A DNA stretch of 64,000 nt, from positions 17,716 to 81,715 of the forward strand of contig CAZJEQ010000004.1 in NCBI GenBank assembly GCA_964545165.1, read 5' to 3'. Both the position numbers and the translations under genes were made by a program. Origin of the DNA: an uncultured Candidatus Saccharibacteria bacterium (GTDB taxonomy: Bacteria; Patescibacteriota; Minisyncoccia; Phycocordibacterales; UBA2100). Below, one piece after another: positions 19,392-29,371 of the stretch. Every line of letters starts with the position of its first letter. The first letter of the stretch is position 1. Below the pieces are notes generated by a model. It was given only the letters and a program-made list of their open reading frames with translations, was not told where the DNA came from and did not search any database.

Positions 19392-20771
19392 TCAGCTGAA
19401 GAATCCGATCATGAAGTCGGTAATACCGAAGAAGTCGAGGAGGAGTTTGACGTTCAAGACGACGATGATCGTTGCGACGATCCACGCACAGATCTGGAGC
19501 CAGAGCTTGTTGGCAAACTCGCCCATTTTGACCTTGTCGCTCGTGAAGAGGACGAGCGGAATGACCGCGAAGGGGAGCTGCAAGCTGAGGATGACCTGAC
19601 TCAAAATGAGCAGTTGCGCAGTACCATTCTCACCGTAAAACATCGTGACGATAATGGCTGGCACGATTGCCAAGAGGCGCGTCGCGAGACGGCGCATCCA
19701 CGGGGCGATCGTGATCTTGAGGAAGCCTTCCATGACGATCTGTCCGGCGAGCGTCGCGGTGAGTGTAGAATTTTGTCCCGAGGCAAGCAGTGCGAGTGCG
19801 AAGAGCGTGCTCGCAGCGCCCGCGCCGAGAAGCGGCGTGAGTAGCTGATACGCGTGCTGGATTTCGGCGACATCATTTTGCCCGCGGGTGAAGAAGGATG
19901 CGGCGGCGATGATGAGAATCGCGGCGTTGATGAAGAGCGCAAACATGAGCGCCACGGTCGAATCGATGGTCGCGAATTTGATTGCTTCACGCTTGCCGGC
20001 AACATCGGTTGCGTAGGTACGCGTCTGCACGATGGACGAGTGGAGGTAGAGATTATGCGGCATCACGGTCGCGCCTAGAATGCCGATCGCGATAAAGAGC
20101 ATCGCGGGATTCTGGATGATTTCAGGGCGGGGAATAAAGCCGCTGAGTACTGCCGCGATCTCCGGCTGCGCCATGACGACGACGGTGAAGAGGCAGGCAG
20201 CGACGGTCGCGATGAGCGCGATGACGAGTGCTTCCAGGTAACGGAAGCCCTTATTCTGCAAGAAGAGAATGAGGAGCACATCGAATGCCGTGATACACAC
20301 GCCCCAGATCAGCGGAATGCCGAAGAGGAGATTGAGTGCAATCGCGGTACCGATTACCTCCGCGAGGTCGCACGCGACGATGGCGAGCTCACAGAGCATC
20401 CACAGTGCCAGTGAGACCGGCTTCGAGAAGTGGTCGCGGCAGGCTTGCGCGAGATCGCGACCAGTGACGATGCCGAGCTTGGCGGCAAGTGCCTGCAAGA
20501 GGATCGCCATGATATTGGAAATCAAAATCACCGCGAGGAGGGTATAGCCAAAGGAAGACCCGCCCGCGAGGTCAGTCGCCCAATTACCCGGATCCATGTA
20601 GCCGACAGCCACGAGGTACCCCGGACCAGAGACGGCCAGGAGCTTACGCCAGAAGGTGGCGTTGACGGGGAAGTGAATGCTGCGATTCACTTCGGGCAGA
20701 CTCGGCACCGTATTTTCGAGGCGCCAGGTCTTGCCGCGCAGACGCGCAGAATAGACATCGAGAAAACTCAT
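19392..20771 (-). CDS. mntH: Nramp family Mn2+/Fe2+ transporter
   Basis: GYMDPGNW and [13 protein letters not shown] Nramp signatures. Confidence 0.96.
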   Translation of the reverse strand: MSFLDVYSARLRGKTWRLENTVPSLPEVNRSIHFPVNATFWRKLLAVSGPGYLVAVGYMDPGNWATDLAGGSSFGYTLLAVILISNIMAILLQALAAKLGIVTGRDLAQACRDHFSKPVSLALWMLCELAIVACDLAEVIGTAIALNLLFGIPLIWGVCITAFDVLLILFLQNKGFRYLEALVIALIATVAACLFTVVVMAQPEIAAVLSGFIPRPEIIQNPAMLFIAIGILGATVMPHNLYLHSSIVQTRTYATDVAGKREAIKFATIDSTVALMFALFINAAILIIAAASFFTRGQNDVAEIQHAYQLLTPLLGAGAASTLFALALLASGQNSTLTATLAGQIVMEGFLKITIAPWMRRLATRLLAIVPAIIVTMFYGENGTAQLLILSQVILSLQLPFAVIPLVLFTSDKVKMGEFANKLWLQICAWIVATIIVVLNVKLLLDFFGITDFMIGFFS

Positions 20772-20881
20772 AGAAGTACTAGTAGTAGATAGAGAAACGA
20801 ATAATAAGTAATGGAGAAGCTCGCGCTTTGGCGGGCTCTCTTCAATAGGAGTGGGACGAATCCCGAAACAGTTACTCCATT

Positions 20882-20910
20882 ACCATAGCTGAAGCGCGAC
20901 AGGTCGTCAA
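20882..20910 (-). promoter_or_regulatory. sigma70-type promoter of mntH
   Basis: Minus strand TTGACG-17 nt-TATGGT, ~110 nt upstream of ATG. Confidence 0.65.
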
Positions 20911-20919
20911 GGGTATAAC

Positions 20920-20947
20920 GCAAAAATGCCCCGTAGGGCATTTTTGC
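20920..20947 (-). terminator. terminator of tRNA-Asp
   Basis: gcaaaaatgccc-cgta-gggcatttttgc. Confidence 0.75.
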
Positions 20948-20952
20948 TTTTG

Positions 20953-21026
20953 CGCGAGTGACGGGACTCGAACCCGCAGCCTCTCCCGTGACAGGGGAGT
21001 GCTCTAACCAATTGAGCTACACCCGC
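20953..21026 (-). tRNA. tRNA-Asp(GTC)
   Basis: Reverse complement: gcgggtgtagctcaattggttagagcactcccctGTCacgggag...ggttcgagtcccgtcactcgcg. Confidence 0.95.
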
Positions 21027-21153
21027 ACATTCGGATGCACAGATGTGCGCCCGTAATGACGAGAGAATATACTAAAAAGACCTTTTTTGCGAGCCTTTTA
21101 AACTACTCACAGCTCTTACGGGGCGTATGGGATCGATGCCATACAATGTATCT

Positions 21154-21681
21154 ATGTCTCAGCACATGGGAGGAGGGAAAGAGAAAATACAGCTGAATCA
21201 CGCTCCCGCGAATTTTGAGGTCTCAGATATGCACAAGCTACATCTGAGTGATACGACTGCCGTCGCGGGTCTTAAAAATATGCTCAAGAGACGGACCATA
21301 TTGGACCGATTCCACAAAAAAGAATCCTTGCGTGACAACCTCGACATGTTTGAAGAGGAGAACGGTGGGAAAATGTTTGCGATCCGCGAGGGCGAGACTA
21401 TTAAGGGCTTTCTCGGTCTTACGATTGAGCAGACAGACGCCGGGCGTGTCGCGCATATCAAGAGTCTGCGCACGGCGGAGCGCAATCCGGAGATGATGCA
21501 AGCGCTTATTAAAGAAGCACTTGCGTATCTGGAAGGCAGGGCGGATACCGTGTCACTGGCCTTTTCCGCAGATCAAGCACATATCCTTCACGAAAGTGAG
21601 CATGTACTGACTACCTTAAAGTTTGAAGCACGAGGCCACGATGAGCGGGGGTACGAGATTTTCTCGAAGAGTCTGCACTAA
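21154..21681 (+). CDS. hypothetical protein, possible GNAT-like fold
   Basis: FAIREGETIKGFLGL...AHIKSL...ALIKEAL pattern; TACAAT upstream. Confidence 0.55.
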   Translation: MSQHMGGGKEKIQLNHAPANFEVSDMHKLHLSDTTAVAGLKNMLKRRTILDRFHKKESLRDNLDMFEEENGGKMFAIREGETIKGFLGLTIEQTDAGRVAHIKSLRTAERNPEMMQALIKEALAYLEGRADTVSLAFSADQAHILHESEHVLTTLKFEARGHDERGYEIFSKSLH

Positions 21682-22070
21682 GCGCTCGCGCCCGGGAGTG
21701 ATGAATTATCTCTGCTCGGCACGTGCCGAACTTTTTTGAATTCTTCATCGAGCTCGCGGAGTTTGTCCTCGACATCTTCTTCGATATCGATCAGCTCGTT
21801 GCGTGCGGGGTCAGTGGCTTTGATGAGCTCGTCGAGTTTGAGCTGGATGGCATGTGCGTCGCGATTCTGAGTGTTTTGAATCAGGAAGACCATGAGGAAG
21901 GTGAGGATGGTCGTCGTGGTGTTGATGAAAAGCTGCCACGTAGTCGAGAAATTAAAGATAGGCCCCACGACCGCCCAGACGATGACTACCAGTGTGGCGA
22001 CCACAAACGCCCAGCCCGAGCCCATAATCCCGCTCGCTTTGTGTGCGATCCGTCTGAAAAATTCTTGCAT
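21678..22070 (-). CDS. low-affinity iron permease (Fet4-like) family protein
   Basis: WQLFINTTTTILTFLMVFLIQNTQNRD..AIQLKLDELI signature. Confidence 0.9.
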   Translation of the reverse strand: MQEFFRRIAHKASGIMGSGWAFVVATLVVIVWAVVGPIFNFSTTWQLFINTTTTILTFLMVFLIQNTQNRDAHAIQLKLDELIKATDPARNELIDIEEDVEDKLRELDEEFKKVRHVPSRDNSSLPGASA

Positions 22071-22136
22071 GTAATGAGAAGTGTACACCCAAAATCCGAC
22101 CCCCGTCCCGTTTTCTACACATGCTAGAGTTGAGTT

Positions 22137-22784
22137 ATGACCGCAGTAGAGATCTACAAGCAATACAAGATTCCGCCTTTTTTGCAGCTCCATCAGCTCC
22201 GTGTCGCGGCAGTTGGTAAACAGATTGCGGATAATTTTCGCAGTACGCTCGATAGTCGTTCGATCATCCTCGCGTGCTTGTTCCACGATATGGGCAATAT
22301 CATCAAGGTCGATTTCTCGCGATTCCCAGAGACCTTTGAGCCGGAAGGCGTCCCATATTGGCAGCATGTGCAGGAAGATTTTAAGCGTCGCTTCGGACCC
22401 GACGAACACCATGCGACGATTGCCATCGTCCACGAGATGCACCTGCCGCTCCAAGCGGTGAAATATATTGATGGCGTCGGATTCTCGAAGCTCAAGCATA
22501 CGAGCGCGACACCTTCGTACGAGCAGAAGATTGTCGAATATGCGGATCTACGTGTCGCGCCGTTTGGCGTGACGAGTATGCGCGACCGTCTTGAAGAGGC
22601 CCGTATTCGCTACGCGGCGCGTGAGAGCGACATGCCAAAAGACGCCGATCGTTATAGCGAGCTCCACGCAGCTGCCGAAGCAGTCGAGCGCCAGATTTTC
22701 TCCAGTGCGAGTATTGAACCAGACGATATTACCGATGCTTCAGTACAATCAATCGTCGAAGAGCTGCGCTCGTATTCGATCTAA
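22137..22784 (+). CDS. HD-domain protein
   Basis: HQLRVA, ACLFHDMGN, IVEYADLR. Confidence 0.8.
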   Translation: MTAVEIYKQYKIPPFLQLHQLRVAAVGKQIADNFRSTLDSRSIILACLFHDMGNIIKVDFSRFPETFEPEGVPYWQHVQEDFKRRFGPDEHHATIAIVHEMHLPLQAVKYIDGVGFSKLKHTSATPSYEQKIVEYADLRVAPFGVTSMRDRLEEARIRYAARESDMPKDADRYSELHAAAEAVERQIFSSASIEPDDITDASVQSIVEELRSYSI

Positions 22785-22795
22785 GACGATGTTTT

Positions 22796-22871
22796 TGGAG
22801 CCGCCTCGCAGATTTGAACTGCGGACCCCCGCTTTACGAAAGCGGTGCTCTACCAACTGAGCTAAGGCGGC
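22796..22871 (-). tRNA. tRNA-Thr(CGT)
   Basis: Reverse complement: gccgccttagctcagttggtagagcaccgctttCGTaaagcgg...gttcaaatc...ggcggctcca. Confidence 0.95.
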
Positions 22872-22951
22872 GAACCTGCACATCCTACGGTATTACACTT
22901 GGTTTTTCAATCAAACTCGGCTATTCTCACTTTGTTCCATCAAAATAGTAA

Positions 22952-23024
22952 GCCGATGTAGCTCAGTTGGTAGAGCACGTCATTGGTAATGACGAGGTCT
23001 CCGGTTCAATCCCGGACATCGGCT
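22952..23024 (+). tRNA. tRNA-Thr(GGT)
   Basis: Acceptor gccgatg/catcggc; cgtca-ttGGTaa-tgacg. Confidence 0.95.
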
Positions 23025-23074
23025 CAAAGAAGTGTGCTCTCGCGCGGCGCAGTCGTGCACCTTATACTGCTCGC

Positions 23075-23956
23075 ATGTCCCGCAAGGAAGAAGTCGAGGC
23101 AAAGATCGCAGCGATAGAGCTCGCCATGGGTGCGGCGGATTTTTGGAGTGACAAAGACAAGGCACAGACGACGCTCAAGGAATACCAAGATCTCAAGACG
23201 CAGCTCGCGAGTGGTACCGGGTACGACAAGAGCGATGCCATTCTTACCATTATTTCGGGCGCCGGGGGTGATGATGCCGAGGATTTCTCGCGCATTCTCT
23301 ACGAGATGTACCGCAAGTACGTCGCATCGAAGGGATGGAGTGCGAGCGATATTGATGAAAACAAAAACTCCATGGGCGGGTACCGCTCCGTCTCGTTTGA
23401 AATCAAGGGAAGCGGCGCCTATGGCACGCTCCGCCGTGAAGCAGGTGTGCATCGGCTCGTACGCATGTCACCGTTTAATGCTGCGGGCAAGCGCCAGACC
23501 TCGTTCTCGCTCGTCGAAGTGTTGCCCAAGGTACCGGATCAAGGAGATCTCCACATTCCCGATAGCGAACTCGATGTTGCAGTCGCGCGCTCGGGTGGTC
23601 CTGGCGGCCAAAACGTCAACAAGCGCGACACAGCGGTGCGCATGACGCACCTTCCGACCGGCATCGCCGTGCAGGTCACCTCGGAGCGCTCGCAGCTTTC
23701 CAACAAAGAGAAGGCGCTCGAGATGATTCGCGGCAAGCTCTTCAAGCTGCGTGAAGATGCTGCAGCGAACGAGGCGCGTGGTCTTTCTGCTGGTACGACC
23801 ACCAAGATCGAGTGGGGTAGTCAGATTCGCTCGTATGTCCTGCATCCCTATCAATTGGTGAAGGATCACCGCACTGAGCATGAGCGCCGCGATGTGGAGC
23901 GTGTCCTTGAGGGTGATATCCAGAGCTTTGTCGACGCAGAAAAGTCACTTGAATAG
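23075..23956 (+). CDS. prfB: peptide chain release factor 2 (short form)
   Basis: GVHRLVRMSPF (SPF), GPGGQNVNK, WGSQIRSYV; start reset past the tRNA. Confidence 0.92.
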   Translation: MSRKEEVEAKIAAIELAMGAADFWSDKDKAQTTLKEYQDLKTQLASGTGYDKSDAILTIISGAGGDDAEDFSRILYEMYRKYVASKGWSASDIDENKNSMGGYRSVSFEIKGSGAYGTLRREAGVHRLVRMSPFNAAGKRQTSFSLVEVLPKVPDQGDLHIPDSELDVAVARSGGPGGQNVNKRDTAVRMTHLPTGIAVQVTSERSQLSNKEKALEMIRGKLFKLREDAAANEARGLSAGTTTKIEWGSQIRSYVLHPYQLVKDHRTEHERRDVERVLEGDIQSFVDAEKSLE

Positions 23957-24086
23957 GGAGTTTTCCGGAATAATGAAGTCTGCGATTGAGCCGCTCGTGA
24001 GACGCGGTATACTAATAACTCCCGCACGAATGCGTAATATGCGTCGCGCATAGGACGTCTCATTCAGAGAGCTATACTTCATTCCC

Positions 24087-24770
24087 ATGATCTATTTTGA
24101 GAAAGTAACCAAAATTTACGCAGATGGAGGACCTGCGGCCGTAGCCGATGTCACGCTCGGCATTGATCCGGGCGAGTTCGTTTCGCTCGTGGGTCACTCG
24201 GGTGCCGGCAAGACCACGCTGCTCAAAATGCTCTTCGCTGAGACGTATCCGACCGAAGGCTCGGTCTTTTTCGGGTCACGGGATATTGCCGCACTCTCAC
24301 AAAAGGATCTGCTGCACATGCGCCGCAACATCGGTACCGTCTTCCAGGATTTCCGACTCTTGCCGACAAAAAATGTGTACGAAAATATTGCCTTTGCCCT
24401 TGAGGTAGCAGGGAAGAGCGATGAGGATATCCAGGCAGATGTGCCGCATGTGCTCGAGCTGGTGGGGCTCGCCGACAAAATCTGGAGTTTCCCGCGGCAG
24501 CTCTCCGGTGGTGAGCAGCAGCGCGTGGCGATTGCACGTGCCATCGTCAATCAGCCAGAGGTGCTCATTGCCGATGAGCCGACAGGCAATCTCGATCCCA
24601 TCAATGCGCACGACATCGTAGAGATTCTCAAGAAGATCAATGACCTCGGCACCACGGTGCTCCTGACTACACACAATAAGTCCGTCGTAGATTCTGTAGG
24701 ACGTCGTGTGGTGACGATGGATCAGGGGCGTGTGATTCGCGACGACAAGCAAGGTAAATACGTGCTCTAA
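24087..24770 (+). CDS. ftsE: cell division ATP-binding protein FtsE
   Basis: GHSGAGKTT, VFQDFRLL, LSGGEQQRV, ADEPTGNLD; upstream of ftsX. Confidence 0.93.
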   Translation: MIYFEKVTKIYADGGPAAVADVTLGIDPGEFVSLVGHSGAGKTTLLKMLFAETYPTEGSVFFGSRDIAALSQKDLLHMRRNIGTVFQDFRLLPTKNVYENIAFALEVAGKSDEDIQADVPHVLELVGLADKIWSFPRQLSGGEQQRVAIARAIVNQPEVLIADEPTGNLDPINAHDIVEILKKINDLGTTVLLTTHNKSVVDSVGRRVVTMDQGRVIRDDKQGKYVL

Positions 24771-24799
24771 ATAACTACCAACACATAACTTTCAACACC

Positions 24800-25729
24800 A
24801 TGGACTTCTGGACCACAAGCAAGCGAGTGATGCGATACGGTGTTGCCGGATTCGTGCGCAACGGCTTCGTCTCGCTGGCGGCGATTCTCATCATGACGAT
24901 CACACTCTTCGTGCTCGCCGGACTCACGATCGGGGGCGCTGCCCTCAATGCGACGCTGACGACGCTCACGCAGAAGGTAGATGTGAGCGTGTATTTCACC
25001 ACCACCGCATCAGAAAATAATATTCGCGAGATCGAGAGCCAGCTGAAGGCCTTGCCAGAAGTCGCGAGTGTGAATTACATCTCGCGCGAGGAAGCGCTGA
25101 CGGCGTTTCGTGAGCGACACAAGAACGATCAGCTGACGCTCCAGGCGCTCGATGAGCTTGGTGAGAATCCGCTGGGTGCCTCGCTCGAAATCCGTGCGAA
25201 AGAAACAAGCCAGTACGAATCAATCGCAACCTATCTCAACAATAAACAATCCGCTGGCGAAGGCGCTGGTGCCTCGATTGATAAGGTGAACTTCTTCCAG
25301 AACAAGACCGCGATTGATCGTCTGACCAATATCATCCAGACGTCGCAACGCCTCGGTATCGCGATCGCGGCGTTTATGATCCTCGCGTCGGTACTCATTT
25401 CATTCAACACTATTCGTCTCGCGATCTACACTTCACGTGATGAGATCGGAGTCATGAATCTCGTCGGTGCAGGGCACTGGTATGTGCGCGGACCCTTTAT
25501 GATCGCAGGTGTTCTCTACGGTGCGGTAGCAGGTGTCGTGGTCCTCCTGCTCCTCTACCCGGTCACGATCTGGTTGGGCCCTGGCTCTGAGCGATTTATC
25601 GGCTCGTTCAATGTCTTCAACTACTTCACGAGCTCGTTCCCGATGATGTTTTTGATTGTGATGGGATCGGGCATCGCCCTGGGGGCCCTGTCGAGCTATT
25701 TAGCTGTCCGCCGCTACCTCCGAATGTAG
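24800..25729 (+). CDS. ftsX: cell division permease FtsX
   Basis: ENPLGAS, FNTIRLAIY, EIGVMNLVGA..YVRGPF. Confidence 0.92.
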   Translation: MDFWTTSKRVMRYGVAGFVRNGFVSLAAILIMTITLFVLAGLTIGGAALNATLTTLTQKVDVSVYFTTTASENNIREIESQLKALPEVASVNYISREEALTAFRERHKNDQLTLQALDELGENPLGASLEIRAKETSQYESIATYLNNKQSAGEGAGASIDKVNFFQNKTAIDRLTNIIQTSQRLGIAIAAFMILASVLISFNTIRLAIYTSRDEIGVMNLVGAGHWYVRGPFMIAGVLYGAVAGVVVLLLLYPVTIWLGPGSERFIGSFNVFNYFTSSFPMMFLIVMGSGIALGALSSYLAVRRYLRM

Positions 25730-25850
25730 CGAACCGCAGAAACGCAGGCATTTCGTCGTTGTGGGGCCCATCTCGGGCCTCACCGTACGCTTAGTACGGC
25801 TCAGCCCTCGATTTCCCCACGCCTAGAACTGCCTACGTTTCTGTGGCTCG
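25730..25850. repeat. long nested-hairpin intergenic element (MITE/REP-like or cis-RNA)
   Basis: 21-bp imperfect terminal inverted repeat enclosing gtgggg/ccccac and ccgtac/gtacgg stems. Confidence 0.6.
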
Positions 25851-25868
25851 TGTTACAGTGCAGCCTAT

Positions 25869-27527
25869 ATGACGCGTGCGCAGTCATCTGGCCATAAATA
25901 TATTTTCGTCGTGGGCGGCGTAATGTCTGGCGTCGGCAAAGGCATCACTACCGCATCTATCGGTAAGATTCTTGCAGCCCGTGGCCTCAAGGTGAATTTG
26001 ATGAAGGTAGATCCGTATCTCAATGTCGATGCGGGCACCATGAATCCGACGGAGCATGGCGAAGTCTTCGTCCTCGACTCGGGTCTTGAGACCGATCAGG
26101 ACATGGGCAACTACGAGCGCTTCTTGGGCCGCGATCTGGGTCCGGAGGATTACATGACGAGCGGTATGGTCTACGCCGAGGTCATTCGTCGCGAGAGAAA
26201 TCTCGAATACGGCGGTAAGTGTGTGGAAGCGGTCCCGCATGTGCGCGATGAAATCGTGCAGCGTTTCCAAAAATCCGCTGAGCTCGCGCAGTCTGATGTG
26301 ACGGTTGTTGAAATCGGCGGCACCATCGGAGATTTCTCCAACGCGCTCTTCATCGACGCCGCTCGCGTGATGCACCTGCAGCATCCACAAGATTCGATTT
26401 TTGTGATGGTCTCGTACTTGCCGGTACCTGGCACCATCGGTGAGATGAAAACGAAGCCCACGCAAAACGCCATGCGCGATTTGAATGCCTACGGGGTACA
26501 GGCCGATATCTTGATTGCACGATCCACCCACCCGCTCGATCAGAAGCGCAAAGAGAAGCTCTCTGTCTCGTGCAATGTCCTGCCGGAGCGCATCATCTCA
26601 GCGCCGGATGTGGATTCGATCTACGATGTGCCCTTGAATTTCGAGCGCGACAAGCTTTCAGAGATAATACTCGATGCGCTCTCGATGGATGCGAACCGCA
26701 CCGCAGATCTCGGTGAGTGGAAACAGTTCGCCGAAAAAGCACACAACGGCTCAAAGGAGGTGAAAATCGGCATCGTCGGCAAATATTTTGATACGGGCGA
26801 TTTCGTCCTCTCCGATGCGTACATTTCCGTCATCGAAGCGATCAAATTCTCTGCGGCCGCACTCGGGGTCAAGGCAAAGATCGAGTGGCTCAACGCCAAG
26901 ACCTACCAGCAGGAGCCCGAGAAGGTGCATGAGCTCACCGGCTACGACGGCATTCTTGTTCCGGGCGGCTTTGGCGAAACCGGTATTGAAGGCAAGATTG
27001 CAGCGATCAAATTCGCTCGCGAGAACAAAATCCCATACTTCGGCCTCTGCTACGGCATGCAGCTGATGACGGTAGAGTATGCCCGCAATGTCGTGGGGCT
27101 ACAGGATGCCAACACCACCGAGATCAATCCCGAGACGCCGCATCCGATCATCGCGATTTTGCCGGAGCAGATCGAGAAGCTGAAAAACAAAGACTACGGC
27201 GGCACCATGCGTCTCGGTGCGTATCTGCACGACATCGAGCGCGACACCATCGCGTATGAGGCCTATGGCGGCAAGCTCCAGGTCTCTGAGCGTCACCGCC
27301 ATCGCTTTGAGGTAAATCCCGAATACATCGCGCAGCTCGAAGGTGCAGGGCTCGTCTTCTCAGGCAAATCTCCCGACAAGCATTTGATGGAAATTGCCGA
27401 GCTTCCAAAATCAGTGCATCCCTTTATGCTCGGCACCCAAGCACATCCGGAATTGAAGGCACGCCCGCTCGATCCACACCCGCTCTTCACTGCGTTCCTC
27501 AAAGCGGCGATTGAGCGCAACGGGTAG
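25869..27527 (+). CDS. pyrG: CTP synthase
   Basis: GGVMSGVGKG, DPYLNVDAGTMNP, KTKPTQ, GLCYGMQ, ERHRHRFE, HPE. Confidence 0.97.
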   Translation: MTRAQSSGHKYIFVVGGVMSGVGKGITTASIGKILAARGLKVNLMKVDPYLNVDAGTMNPTEHGEVFVLDSGLETDQDMGNYERFLGRDLGPEDYMTSGMVYAEVIRRERNLEYGGKCVEAVPHVRDEIVQRFQKSAELAQSDVTVVEIGGTIGDFSNALFIDAARVMHLQHPQDSIFVMVSYLPVPGTIGEMKTKPTQNAMRDLNAYGVQADILIARSTHPLDQKRKEKLSVSCNVLPERIISAPDVDSIYDVPLNFERDKLSEIILDALSMDANRTADLGEWKQFAEKAHNGSKEVKIGIVGKYFDTGDFVLSDAYISVIEAIKFSAAALGVKAKIEWLNAKTYQQEPEKVHELTGYDGILVPGGFGETGIEGKIAAIKFARENKIPYFGLCYGMQLMTVEYARNVVGLQDANTTEINPETPHPIIAILPEQIEKLKNKDYGGTMRLGAYLHDIERDTIAYEAYGGKLQVSERHRHRFEVNPEYIAQLEGAGLVFSGKSPDKHLMEIAELPKSVHPFMLGTQAHPELKARPLDPHPLFTAFLKAAIERNG

Positions 27528-27530
27528 GCC

Positions 27531-28262
27531 ATGCCGTTCAAGCTCATCTCGATTAATATCGAGTGTTCAAAGCATCTTGAGCGCGTCATCCCATTTCTGC
27601 AGCGTGAACAAGCGGATATAGTGTGTATCCAGGAATTAATGGAACGGGACGTTGCACAATTTGAATCGGCGCTCGGCACCCAGGCGTACTTCGAGCCCAA
27701 GACACAGATGCATGCAGGGGTAGAGGGCATGGGAATCTTTACAAAACATCGTGTTCTGTCTCGCGGGGCGCTCCTCTATGCGGGCGAGAGCGCACTGCGC
27801 AATTTTGATGAGACGAGTGCCACAACGAAGCATGCGACCCAGAGGCACCCGATACTTTTTTGTGATATCGAAGTCGATGGAAGGATCGTGCGCATATGCA
27901 CGACACATTTCACGTGGACACCAGATGGCCTGCCTGATGATTTGCAGCGCGCAGACATCGTGCGATTCTTGAGGGAGCTTTCTGCATTTCCCGAATTCAT
28001 ACTCTGTGGCGACTTCAACGCGCCACGCGGAGGAGAGATCTTCGCGCAGCTCGCGCGTGCGTATACAGACAACATTCCTCCACACTACCTGACCTCTATC
28101 GATGTAGCGCTTCATCGGGCGGGGAAAGAGCGCCCGCACGAGCTCGCCGACAAGATGGTGGATGGACTCTTTACGACGCCGGGGTACCGAGCATCGGATG
28201 TCGTCCTCGTCGACGGAGTAAGCGATCATATGGCGATTGTAGCTACTATCGACCAGGCTTGA
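27531..28262 (+). CDS. endonuclease/exonuclease/phosphatase family protein
   Basis: DIVCIQE, TTHF, CGDFN, SDHMAI. Confidence 0.88.
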   Translation: MPFKLISINIECSKHLERVIPFLQREQADIVCIQELMERDVAQFESALGTQAYFEPKTQMHAGVEGMGIFTKHRVLSRGALLYAGESALRNFDETSATTKHATQRHPILFCDIEVDGRIVRICTTHFTWTPDGLPDDLQRADIVRFLRELSAFPEFILCGDFNAPRGGEIFAQLARAYTDNIPPHYLTSIDVALHRAGKERPHELADKMVDGLFTTPGYRASDVVLVDGVSDHMAIVATIDQA

Positions 28263-28290
28263 CGTATAGGAAGAAATGATAGAATAGGCC

Positions 28291-29334
28291 ATGGCAGTGA
28301 AGATTACTGAAGGATTTACATTTGATGACGTACTCATCCGACCCGCGGCCTCTGCCATGGAGCCATCGGAAGCGTCGCTGAAAACAGTGGTAGCAGGTAT
28401 CGAGCTCTCGGTGCCTTTTTTGAGTGCTGCAATGGATCGCGTGACGGAAGCTGAGATGGCCATCGAGCTCGGGAAGCTCGGCGGCTTGGGTGTTTTGCAT
28501 CGCAATTGCTCTATCGAGGAGCAGGTGGCGATGGTGAGAGAGGCGAAGAAGGCGGGCGTCAACGTCGCGGCGGCATGCGGCCCGTTTGCGGTGGATCGCG
28601 CGAAGGCGCTCGACGAGGCGAAGTGTGATGCGATCGTCATCGACTGTGCCCACGGCCACAACATGAACGTCGTCGCGAGCGCCAAGAAAATCAAACAATC
28701 GCTCAGGCACGCCAAAATGATTTACGGCAATATCGCGACCGGGGAAGCGGCTGCGGCGGTGTGCGGATTCGTCGACGCGGTGAAAGTCGGCGTGGGTCCC
28801 GGCTCTATTTGCACGACGCGTATTATCTCCGGCGTCGGTGCGCCGCAGCTCTCGGCGGTTATGGAGGTCGCCGATGTGGCACGCAAGAAAAAAGTCCCCG
28901 TCATCGCCGATGGCGGCATCCGCACCTCGGGTGATATCGCCAAAGCTCTCGCCGCGGGAGCCTCGGCAGTGATGTGCGGCAACATGTTTGCCGGCACGGA
29001 TGAGACACCGGGCAAAATCGTCACCAAAGCCGGCACCAAATTTAAAGAATATCGCGGCATGGGATCAGAAGCCGTGATCCGCAGCGCCTCCGGCAATGAG
29101 CGCTACTTTACCCACGGCCGCAAAGCCGTTGCCGAGGGTGTGGAAGCACTCGTGCCGTACAAAGGGCCGGTGAGCGAGATCGTCGCGAGCCTCGCCTCAG
29201 GTGTGCAAGTGGGCATGGGCTACGTGGGAGCAAAAACCATTGCCGAATTTTGGAAGAAAGTGCAATTCATCAAGATCACTCACGCTTCCATCGCGGAGGG
29301 TAAGCCGCATTCGCTCTCGCAGATTACGCGCTAG
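28291..29334 (+). CDS. guaB: IMP dehydrogenase (no CBS domains)
   Basis: TFDDVLI, SAAMD, KVGVGPGSICTTR, IADGGI, YRGMGS, AEGVE. Confidence 0.9.
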   Translation: MAVKITEGFTFDDVLIRPAASAMEPSEASLKTVVAGIELSVPFLSAAMDRVTEAEMAIELGKLGGLGVLHRNCSIEEQVAMVREAKKAGVNVAAACGPFAVDRAKALDEAKCDAIVIDCAHGHNMNVVASAKKIKQSLRHAKMIYGNIATGEAAAAVCGFVDAVKVGVGPGSICTTRIISGVGAPQLSAVMEVADVARKKKVPVIADGGIRTSGDIAKALAAGASAVMCGNMFAGTDETPGKIVTKAGTKFKEYRGMGSEAVIRSASGNERYFTHGRKAVAEGVEALVPYKGPVSEIVASLASGVQVGMGYVGAKTIAEFWKKVQFIKITHASIAEGKPHSLSQITR

Positions 29335-29371
29335 GCTGGTTTTTTTCTTCGTGATGTGGGAGCGTGTCGCT

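Noticed and set aside
23973-24053. 26-codon ORF between prfB and ftsE
   Set aside because: It overlaps a likely ftsE promoter (TATACT) and has no initiation signal or compositional support.
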